A stretch of 64,000 nucleotides of DNA, from the NCBI GenBank assembly GCA_020891255.1, contig BQFW01000008.1, positions 434,001 through 498,000 on the forward strand. The letters run 5' to 3'. The stretch is from Entomortierella parvispora E1425. Its lineage: Eukaryota; Fungi; Mortierellomycota. The notes below the pieces were generated by a model. That model did not search any database. It had not been told where the DNA came from and was given only the letters and a program-made list of their open reading frames with translations. The stretch's first letter is position 1. The number at the start of each line of letters is the position of its first letter. A program made the translations under genes and the position numbers. Positions 25,751-36,141 of this stretch are shown one piece after another.

Positions 25751-27909
25751 TCATTTGATCATTGAACTCGGGCGACGCAAAAGGCCTTTGGTCGGGGTCG
25801 AATGCAGTCGCAGGTTGTAATGAGCTTCCTCCTCCTTTGGCACGGATTCGATCGAGTTTCCGAACTGGATCGACACATCAATGTTTCTCTCCATAACAGT
25901 CTGCAAAGGCAGAACAGAATTTATTTTGTGATTATTGGCGACCAGCTCAAAAAAGTAAAAGTAAAACATTAGTGGGATCCAACGTACCTTGATGATCAGA
26001 CAAAACTTCAAATGGACAAGGAGATTGGCGAGGTAGACGTCCTTTGAAAAATGATATCTTCCTTGGAAAATCTTCGATACTTTGAACTCGTTCGCGTCCT
26101 TGATATTGGCGGTGTATACACTCACCTCATACCCTACAAAGATCAACAGGAATGGGATTAGATGATACGAACCATCGGGTCTTATACGAATCAGACACGA
26201 CCCAAACCACGCCACATACCAAAGACAATGACAATCAGGACCTTGTACTCCTTTGCCACTTCAAAAGACCCGGTGGAATTGTAAAAACGCTCTAGGAGCG
26301 CATCCGCAGCATTCCTGCAAGACTTTTCCTTGTCTTCTCTATGCTTCGAATGGTCCGTACACGTCGGCGATCCAATGTTTTCAAAGATGATGTCGACATA
26401 GTTGTCGCGAGCAACATAATAGGCGTCGACATTCGTGCCCTTCGATGACGTTTTCCCCCTACAAATAGCACGACGCCAGGCGGATGGGGTAAAGTGGTTT
26501 TCGTTTGCAAAGCCTCTGGATATGAGGCCTGGAATACCTGTTTGCAACGCTACAAAGTCTGGCGTGATCCAGAACGACGTATATGTGTTCTCATCGCAAT
26601 GAGAGCTCAGACCAGTCCGGAGAAGTTTCAGCCTGTTATGGAAGACGATCAAGAACTATTAGGATATAGCTTTAGGTTTGGTACCCTGTTAATGCAGACA
26701 AAGCAATGAACTTACCGGTCATAGAGGAGGTCGTGCACCCAGGGCTCTCGAAAACGTTCATCGCGAACTTTTCTTATAGTAGACTCGGTATCTCGCCCCA
26801 ACTTTGATTTGAACCATTTTGCAGCCTCATTGTAAAGGACTTGGTCCTCATCATTCAGTGTGAAGGTGCTGATGTCGTCGCAGTGGCGAAATGATGCTTT
26901 TGAGCTACAAGTCAATAAATCCAGATGAGCAAGAATACATCAATGGCGTAACATGAACGTCTTATCAGGGCCCAGACTTACTCATGAACAAGAGGAACCT
27001 CTTCTGAGTGTCCCTGCAGCCGCTTGGGGGGTGTTTGTTGTCCAGCAAACAAGTCGTCGTCGTCACTGGTAGCAACATCCTGTGTCTGATTTCTCGACTC
27101 TGGCCGCTCCTGCGTTGTTGAATCATTGTCCTCATGATCTTCACCCTCTTCATCTGCATGTTTCCCCAAATTCAAAGGCGGCGTTGTCTTCTCTGCGACA
27201 TTTAGCCCGTCCACAACTGTTTCGATGTCTGCATCATCGTGTCCGTTATAGTTCCCATCGTTCTCAATCCGCTTCTCGATATCAACGTCCTCGCCTCTGA
27301 CCATAATATTCCCGCCTCTCCTCTTGTTCGAAGAGTGTGACGCTCCAATTGAGGTTCGCTTCCCGGTCAGTTTTGTCGACAAAGTCCATGAAGACGAGCT
27401 CGATGAAGAATATTCCTCAGCAGACATATCAGCCAACTTATTCAAAAAGTATGATCGGAGCAGAAGACGAAACGTAGATGGGGTCGTTAGCATCAGTATC
27501 AATAGTGAATGGGCATGCTGACTCGCCTCAACGTCTCAACAATTACCTGGTCGTTTTTGATAGTCTCATTCACTCTACTCTGGAGCAAAAGATGTTCCCT
27601 CCCACTAAGAATCTCACGATTCATCTCTTTGAGGGCGTTGTTTTTAGCAATGGCGGCGACCTCATCTTGAAAGATGCCTCCGTAATAGTCTTTCAACCTC
27701 TTTGCGAACATCTGAATTTCACATGGCAAACGTTTGATGCGCGCGATATCCTTGACACTCGATAGAAATTGTAGCTCGGTGAGTCCTGTGGACATGAGGA
27801 ATCCCTCCAGATTCCAGTCCGATATCCTGGTCGTTTTGAAATAGGCAAGGGTTACAATGTCCGCAGAAAGGGCTTCGACTGCCCCGTCATAGGATGGAGG
27901 AGAAAGCAT
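25751..27909 (-). CDS. lineage-specific protein with a predicted Crinkler-type restriction-endonuclease-like (CR-REase, PD-(D/E)xK) C-terminal domain
   Basis: Six exons join in frame through canonical GT-AG introns. Core reads SAWRR..KGTNVD..IIFENIG..KHREDKEK..VLIVIVFG|YEVSVY, matching the remembered CR-REase pattern (xxRR..GxxxD..E..DxxK). Acidic low-complexity middle region. Confidence 0.55.
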
Positions 27910-27959
27910 TATGGCTCTATTTGGAGAATATCATTTGGATTAAACAAGATAGAAGAGAG

Positions 27960-28490
27960 ACATTGCCCAATGCATTTCAACCCAACATGAGTAGCACCTG
28001 CCAGCAGCCCAGTGCACCCTGGTGGACATCTCTTCCTGCCAGCAGCCCAGAAGAGTAAAGAAGAGGAGAGAGCTCAAAACAACTTATTGTAGACCTTCAC
28101 GTCATGAATATCTATCTCTCTTCCTGCCAATCAGCCCAGAAGAGAGAGATAAAGTCGAAGAGCGATTCCCCTGACATCCTCGTCAAGTCCACCAAAAAAA
28201 AAAAAAAAAAAAAGGAAAAAAAGAGGTCATGCAGTCCTTTTAATGAATGCACCTGCAAAAGTGCCCAGCGCATTCGACCTACCTTGGGTAGCACCTGCCA
28301 GCAGCCCAGTGTACCCTGTCGGACAACTCTTCCTGCCAGCAGCCCAGAAGAGAACAGGGGCAGGAAATTACACAAATCACCTCATTGCAGACCTTCATGG
28401 CATGAAGGTCTGACTCTTCCTGCCAGTCAGCCCAGAAGAGAGACATGAGGTGAAAGCGTGATTCCATGACACCCTCGCAAAGTCCAACCA
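27960..28490. repeat. tandem ~297-bp duplication, each unit with three copies of a CCTGCCAG(C/T)CAGCCCAG-like hairpin repeat
   Basis: Core copies at 27997, 28035, 28123 and 28294, 28332, 28419 (offsets 297, 297, 296). Four copies are flanked by the inverted repeat CTCTT...AAGAG. A 20-nt poly-A follows unit 1 at 28194-28213. Confidence 0.9.
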
Positions 28491-28971
28491 ACAAGAGCAA
28501 AGTGTATATGAATGGTGTCGTACAGATGTAGCAACAACACTTGCAAGCCCGACATACCATTCTCAAAGGTACAATCACAGCAATGTTATGATGCACAGTA
28601 ATTGTTTACCTCAACCTGAATCCAGTGAACGTATGTACAGAAGTTAGGGCGGCTGGTCAAGGAGATGTGAGGCAGACGACGGAAGGATATCGTGGAAAGA
28701 GGAAATGAGCAAACAACGAGTGCAATGGTATGACAATCGCGTTGAAGAAGGACGTGGCGCGCCCCTTGGAATTAATCACGTGATTTCATCTTGGTGAGGA
28801 TCAAGAAGGCAAAGGGGAGAGGATGGTGAGAGGGTAGAGACAGGATAGAGAGAGGATGATGGTGAGGGGGTAGAGAAGGGATTGAAATACTTCAGCAAAA
28901 CATGCAAATTGCAACTGTGTGGAAGGTGGAAATATTTAGAAATACTTGTCTATTCGCTTTATGATTGTCGT

Positions 28972-31065
28972 CTATTGAGCCAAGATCGCAAACTCGACCA
29001 AGAGGCAAAGGTGGTCACTGGAAAAGTTCTCATCTGGCAACCCATGTCCCAAGAAGCTCGCGTCTGGGATCTCCAAAAGTTTGAGGGGGACCAATCGAGC
29101 CCCGTCTGCCTTCAATGGCTCATCCAAAAGGTAAACGTAGTCCAAAGTATCCTTGAACCAGTTGGCGAAATTTGTGAACGCTGGTTCGCCATGCATGTGC
29201 TGTGTGGGAGCTGGGCTCGCTGTCGATTCCTCGGCTGTGCCCTTGGCCACCGCGGCCGCTTCGGCAGCGGCAGCGGCAGCAAGAATGGCAGGATCGCATT
29301 TCTCGCCAGGGCTGTTCTTGATCAAAGTCTCGTACTGAGAGTAGATACTGATGCACCGAGGACGAGACTCGATAGAGGCCAAGAGATCCTTTGGAGGCGT
29401 GAACGCTTCAAGAGGTGCATAAACTGGTGCGTCCTCTGCTGTGGCCTTGAAGTCTTGTGCTGCTAGATTCTTGATCTTCGGGTCTTCTGAAGTTGCAAAT
29501 TCGGCAGCATTGACAATGGTCGATGGTGGGGAGGGGGAATCGCCTCCGTTTTTTTCGGCTGGTGGACTAGGGGTGCTGGAAGCGCTCTTCTTTGGAAGAA
29601 TGATACCAGTCGGTGGTGCACGATAAGGCAGATCGGATGATGGTGTTTCCTTGCCCTTGTTGGTGCTCAGATCCAAATTACCAGTTTTGGCTGTAAGCTC
29701 ATCTATGGAGTCCTTTGACTCGTCCGAAGCCGCAGGAGCCTGAGCTTCCTGAACACGCGCAACCTCGTCAATGAGCCACTTTTCCAGATTGGGGATCTGA
29801 TGGGGAGGCATTTGACTGCGAGTCATAGCCCTGTATGCTGCATCCCTTGGAGTCGTATTGAAATCTATTTTCAGCAGAACGAGTTTGTTGTTAGTTTCCG
29901 TACCATTCTTTGTCAAGGGCAAAAGGCGAGATGTGGCGATGTAAACACCCTCCTACCTCCTCCGATAAGAACTGTGTAATTGAGATTCTTATTCCACTCT
30001 TGGATCTTTTCCACAAAGATGGACGCCTGTCGAAGGCGTTCGTATGATCCGTCAGGTCTCCAGAACAGATGCGTCTAGCAAGCAAAATGAAGGGTAAGTA
30101 AGTCAGCTATGAGCTGTTTTACAGTTTTCTTTCCTTGTAGGCTATGCTTTTGTGAACAAAGTCTAGTGTGTTCTGTCTGGACTTACGGTTGCAACCAAGA
30201 GTCCTCCAGGGACCTTTTCTGCCTGTCCAGCATGATCATCTTCGTTCTGCTGAGTTTCGTTTTCCTCAGGCAGGATCATATCCGCGTTCGGATCAGGGTT
30301 CTCATGGATCTTCTGTGTCAAGGGCTTCAATGCGACCATGAGTCCGACGTTTCCGGTCGTGAATGTGGGTTGACCAATGTCGTCGTATTCCAGAGTCAAT
30401 TGATTCTCCTTTTCGAAGCTACAAAAAAAAAAAAAAAAAACGTCAAATTAGAAAATGAAAAGACATGAAGATCGGATCGGTTTTTCAAATCTTTCTCCTC
30501 CTCTACCCTTGATAGATGTCATCTCACTCGAGAGCTCTGAAGGGTGAGGGATCCATGATCATATCGCGTCGGAAGCTTGGCATTACCGAGTCTTTCGCCA
30601 GATGATGGCGCAGCCGTGTTTCTTGTTGGCATTTTTATAATAAGCAGTGTCATAGCCAGCCTTGATCAAGGAAGGAAGGTAGACCTCTTCCCAAAAGTCA
30701 ACTTCCTGCAAACAGGCGAGATCAGGTCCATAGGACAGGAATTCCTGAAGGATGTTTTGCTTTCTGAACTTCCACTTCAGCGCCTTCTGACTGGAATGCG
30801 GGAACATATCTCGGCGAACCAATGCCTGGGCCAGCAGCTATACAGAGTCAAAGCAAAAAAATAATGGCAGAATAGTAAGAAGCAGGTACTGAGAGAATGA
30901 ATGGATTCCATCCAAGCAGTTCTAGTGGGGTAAAGGTGAGGTGCATACGTTGTAGGTCATGAAGAGAAGACGATCCTTCTTCTTGCGGAGGCGCAATGCA
31001 TTTGGTCCGACGGTCAATGCCTCCGCGGAAGGCAAAGTGAGCATGCGTCTGTGTGGTCGCGACAT
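28972..31065 (-). CDS. CCR4/nocturnin/Angel (Ngl) family EEP nuclease/phosphatase
   Basis: LLFMTYN, VRRDMFPHS..ALKW..R, DLACLQEVD, HGCAIIWR, LLVAT, and C-terminal LDY.Y and SSDHLCL EEP motifs. Multi-exon, ATG 31065. Confidence 0.88.
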
Positions 31066-32026
31066 TTCCGGTGGCAAAGTAGTGTTGAGGATAGAGGTGA
31101 GTTTCAGCAAGTGAAGAAGAAGAGAAGAAGAGAGCGAGCAAGTGAAGCAAGAGCGAGTGAATGAAGGAATGAATGCCAGAAAAGAGTACATTCATTCAGC
31201 GCTCTTTTATACGTGCTAATCCGATTTGAGTTTTTTTTGTGTTCACCTTGGCCTCTCCACCGAGAGACAAAAAACGCGTTGCTTTCTTGATTCTTTTTGG
31301 CTCCAACGGATCCATGGCGCGACGCGCAGACTAGTAGAGCGTGGCTCCCATCCTTAATCCCATGCTGTGGACCTTGTTCTTCCCTCTTCCCTCTTCCTTC
31401 CCGGGGATGGGCTCTCGCTGTCGATCACGGGTCATTCCCGGTCGATCTTGGAAAAAAAAGACAGCATTGATGCGAGTTCTACGGAGGGTTACAAACACTG
31501 CCCCTCCTGCTACCACTCCCAAGTCCAATCTGCACAGAGGTAGAGACAGACACAGACCTCCTGCGGCCACCCCGATTACAATCTAAGCATTCTATGGAAT
31601 AAGGATTCAGCCGAGAGGTTGTCTGTTCAGTCCTCAGCAGCGGTACTCTCGTTCTTTCCTGAAGTTCCAGAATTGCAGCAGGTCCAAACACTCATCTCAA
31701 AAGCCTTCATAAGTTCCACATCGGCTTTGCCGTCTCCTTTTCATGGTCACCTTGTCCTCACAAGGGTCGCCATTGCTCGAGAAACGAAAAGTGACATGCT
31801 GTTCGGTCTGAACCAAGGAATTCAGTCCAGATACCCATTGTGGCTTCAACTGGTAGGGTCCCTGCAGAGCCGCTTACCAGGGAAACAGAAACTTTCAGTC
31901 TTGCTACGCCGGAGATCACCTCGTACTGTATACTACCCTGTGGCATCTCTCTTCAGAGATAATAACCAAAAAGATACGAATTTCCTTTATTTGGTGAATA
32001 TTTGATCGTTTTCCACATCTGCTTCC

Positions 32027-33717
32027 CTAGATTCGAATGACTTCAATGTCCACCTCTTCTATGACATCCTTTGCCTCCTGGCCATAAAAGTACACGAGAG
32101 CCGGGCGAACCTTGGCCAATCGAATGTTGAGAACTGGGTGAGTCGGCTCAACAACATTGCTGGGTGATCCCACAACCCGTCGTTTCTCAGGCGACTCGGT
32201 CCAGAGGAGGGCAGTCAAGCCTCCCTTCGCATGTTCTTTCAAGTCGTGTCTGAATGAGATTTGGTGTTGTGAAGAAGAGAGCCCACTGAGAGTGTAGCAG
32301 GTGTGGTAATAATCCGCACCCCTATTTGAGCGAAAAACAACATATGGTCAACTTCTAGTTCTACTTCGATAAAAGAAAGCCGCAACAAGAAGATATTGAC
32401 TGCTTACGTGGAGGGCTTGTCTCGAAGACCACCTGTCTTGGATTGGCATGCTACAAGGGTATATTCTTGCAAGGCATCTGCCATGACAAACAAGGTATCC
32501 AGGTGAATTTCAAGCTTCTTACGAATGGTTGCATTTGAACATAGACAACGTTTGCTTACCTCGATCATAAATGAATTCCAATGGGTCTTGTTCACCTCCA
32601 GCTTCTTCTAGCATCTTGCCCAAGATAGGGAACATGCCTCCCATCCAGAAAGAATAGCAGCCGTCAACTAACTTGTTGGTCCTGCCTTGGAATCCACCCT
32701 CCAGCGACATCTGTCTCCGAGTACTCCAGCGAGCAAGGGTCTCCAAGTTCAAGACGTCCGTCCGTCCCAAAAGTTCCAATGCTGCCAATCCACAGAATGC
32801 ATAGCCCCCATGTGCCTCCACTCCTGGGTATCCTCCAATTCCTCCTTCATATGTCTGACACCTTCCCACAAATTCGGCCACACCTTCTGTCAGTTGCGGC
32901 GTCAAGATGTTTGTGATCGTGGCGGCAGACAAGGCGCAATAGCACCCTCGGACATCAATCTCGCCACCTTCCATAACCCTGAACGAACCATCCGGTTCTT
33001 TGCATCTCAAGAGGAATTCCAGCAGTGTTGTTCGGTTAATCAAAGACAGAGCCTCTTCCGTTCCAATGATAGCCAGAGCATTGACAGCTGCATAGGTCGT
33101 GGCGATGTGAGAAGCCTGGCCAGGTCCGCCACCAAATCCTCCAGTGGGCGATTGCATCTGTCGTAAGGTTGAGATACATCTCTGTGCGATCCTCTCCGGG
33201 ATCTTGTAGCCCAACAAGTCGAGGGCGTGAAGAATCCAGTAACAGAGCCAGGGCTTGCTAGCATCCAAAGCGGCCCAATAGCCGGGCAAATGGTCCAAAG
33301 CTCCGAGGACATATTTGACGTGGCGAAGTTTTCGAAGCTCAATTCTAGATGGTTTCCAGGGCGAGGGGAGGAAGAGAAAAGAAAGGGTCGGTTGGTGAGG
33401 CGATGGATAGTCCCCTCTGATAAAGAAAGACAGTAAGTTTTCGACACTCATACCCTTCGACTGGTTTGTTCATGTCTTCGTCTGTGTAAGGAAAAAACTC
33501 GCGAGCGACCCCCTCTTCAGTCTCGGTCTAGGAGAGTTGCAATAAAAGAAGTCCAGTCAGCCATATGTTGCATGCTTACATGCATTGAGCGCGTCAGGCA
33601 CGCTGCTTTCCATTGGAGAGAAGGGAGGCTAACCTGAATCTCGGAGGAATGAGTTTCAATGCCATCATTATTGTAGCCGTAGGAGTTGAGCGGCTCCTTG
33701 CGTTTGAGGACACCCAT
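32027..33717 (-). CDS. RAM1: protein farnesyltransferase beta subunit
   Basis: ALDASKPWLCYWILHALDLL, GGFGGGPGQASHIATTYAAV, GEIDVRGCYCA, EAHGGYAFC, EGGFQGRTNKLVDGCYSFW. First exon MGVLKRKE...DGIETHSSEIQ. Confidence 0.95.
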
Positions 33718-33897
33718 GATGTAGGAGAAAAGGAGGAGTTGACGTGGGGAGGAAAGAGAATGGAGGAAGGAAAGAAGAGCGGGAGGGTGAACTTGAAAAT
33801 TGCACGTGACCTGATCGCGCTTTTTTTTTTTTTTTTTTTTTTTTTTTGCTTTCTTCTCCTCACTCTCATTCCCCCTCTCTTACTACCTTCTAGTTCA

Positions 33898-36056
33898 ATG
33901 AACAGCCCTTCATCGAACCAATCCACAGGAATGAACTGTCAAACCCACGTCGCTTTTCAGGAAGAGCCTGCCCTCTCAACATTAGCGACATTCCGAGCAG
34001 AGATCGCGTCTCATTTGTCTCGAGTGCTACAGCGACCCGTCGAGGACCTCTTACCCCTTATTCAGAACGAAACAAAAGCCAGAGCCGGAGGCGGTGCCAA
34101 GGGTCACAGTCTCTTCTCAGTACCAGTTCAACGGCTTTTCATCTCTGCCCCGCGCACCTCATCTAGCAGGAAACAAAAGGAAGGCGCGAGCGAAAGCATT
34201 GATGACCGAAACAAAGGCAACGACAACCCTGGTCTCGATCGAGAAAGTCTCCTGGAACAGCTCCTAGTGCTCCCAGAGGACACCAAACTACTTGCCAAGG
34301 TGTCTCTCGGCGCAAACAAAAGTCTGTTAATGTTTGAACCGGACCGCATGGAACTTATCCGACGCACCTGCCTCGCCATCACTCGCGACCTGTCTGATCT
34401 GCCAGATGGCCAAAGTCAGAAACAACCAGAAGATGCCCAGAAGACTGTCCTTGGAAAAAGAGGTCGAGCCAAGGATTCACTCGTGATTGTGAACGCTCTA
34501 TCACTCTCACAGACCGAAGGCGTATACTCGAATCTGCGACGGGCGGCCATCGCAGGGTTCGTTAGCCGACTTATGAATCTGCGAGCAAAGAGGACGGCTT
34601 CGCTGATCGTTGGTCAAGAACTGGAAGAGGCGCGCATCGGCATTGCGTCAGGTACGTGAGAGGATGGCCAATTAAATAAATGGAAGGATGATAGCTCACC
34701 CTTTCTCACCTGTGAATCGTATAGGGCATACGATCCACATTTTGGATGGAGAGGCATCACTGGACCAATATAACGATTTGCTGGGTTTAGGTAGCCACCA
34801 GGAGAGTAACAGCGGACGGGAAGCAGAAGGGCACATTGCTGGATCCGAGTGGGCGTTTGAGAAGATGAGGATGGCCTTGCAGTCTAATCCTGCTCTAGTG
34901 GTACGCGGCGAGGAAGGTTCTTCCTTTGTAGATTTGACCGCGCATGGCCTTGGCCAGGCCAAGGTCTTTTCAACGGACCCTTCGTCCATGGCATTTGAAA
35001 GCTCGACCCTCATTACGCGGACTATGGTTCAATTGGCGTATCATTTAAAAGAGCACAAGGAGAGCTGTACCCGGTATATTTGGATCCTGCCAGAGGGCCG
35101 AAAGCACTTTGCAGACCAGGTGCTACGCCTGATTGAGATCATATTCAACAGCCCTTCTGAGGAGCTGCTACCGAATGGCGATGCTGCGACCGATAAGATT
35201 GAGCCATGTATCAAGGATAAGAAGACAAGACACCAAGGAGCCGGAACAGGATTGTGGACAAATCTCGTTGAGCTTGTGTTGTATGACCCGTCGTTTGGCC
35301 CAGATCTTTGGAATGGTGCTACGCCGTTCGAGAACAAAAGTATAGGCGGTCTGATCGACTACGCCACTGTTCGGATGAAGGAAGTTGTTGTTGAGAACCG
35401 AGGCGATCCTCAGGGCATGGATGACGAAGACATGTACGGCGATGACGAAGGAGAGAAGCCTGCCTTGGATGAAGCCTCCCTCTCAAGGATGGCCACGATA
35501 CTGAGTACTTCAGCATTAGTTGTGGCCAGTGTAGGGACGCGCTTGCGGAAGAAAATCCAATTGGATTTGACAAAGATCTTGGATGGGAAGGGCAATTCTG
35601 GCGTATTTCTGCAGTATGTCCAGTCAAGGCTATGCGGGTAAGCTGTCTGTCATCCTCCATTCCTATCGCCCCCTTTTTTTTTCTATTTTTTGCTAATTCA
35701 CTATTCGTACTTCTCTCAGAATTGAGCGTAACTCGCAGGTTCAATTCAACCCGGAGGCGGATCTGTCGCTTCTTCAAAAGATACCCGAGGCGTACGCCTT
35801 AGCAAAGGTTCTGTCAGAATGGGAGGATCTTGTGTCCTCCTCTTCCAGCACTGTATCGACAACTCTGGATCCAAGTCCGTTAGTGCTCTATCTGTTTAAT
35901 TTGGCCGCCGAAGTTGGACAAGCGAATCGGACCATGAGAGTCAAGGGCATGAAACAGGAGGTAGCAGAGGCACGGTGGTTATTGTTCTGGTGCGCAAAAA
36001 AAGTACTGGAAGAAGGTCTTTGGCTTTTGGGTCTAGAGTCTGTAGGAATGATGTGA
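33898..36056 (+). CDS. degenerate arginyl-tRNA synthetase paralog with intact DALR anticodon-binding domain (~667 aa)
   Basis: Exons 33898-34651, 34725-35637 and 35720-36056 total 2004 nt in frame. Colinear similarity to yeast-type ArgRS (GNSGVFLQYVQSRL, PSPLVLYLFNLA, ARWLL..AKKVLEEGLWLLGL), but HIGH, GDWG and MSTRKG are absent. Confidence 0.8.
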
Positions 36057-36141
36057 GGCACTTCTATGGCCTGCACTAGATACGAGTTGGTAGCCTCACT
36101 CAAATTAAACAACTACTTTTTATTAAAATGTATCCATTGGA

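Noticed and set aside
28030-28055. Iron-responsive element (IRE) resemblance of the C-bulged hairpins
   Set aside because: The upper stem is 3 bp rather than 5, the loop is not CAGUGH, and an IRP/IRE system is not established in fungi.
27960-28490. CRISPR array interpretation of the palindromic repeats
   Set aside because: The context is eukaryotic, there are no cas genes, spacing is irregular, and the spacers are themselves duplicated between the two 297-bp units rather than unique.
28104-28596. ORFs 28104-28448, 28112-28375 and 28279-28596 over the repeat array
   Set aside because: The repeat copies fall in different frames and the ORFs cross a poly-A/T run, so they look like by-products of the repeat.
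28774-28785. 12-bp palindrome AATCACGTGATT (E-box)
   Set aside because: It is a single short site with no supporting context, and CACGTG occurs elsewhere in the window.
31331-32005. Small ORFs between the Angel/Ngl and RAM1 genes (HCPSC and ECLDC Cys pairs)
   Set aside because: I could not build a consistent spliced gene on either strand, and isolated CxxC pairs are expected by chance.
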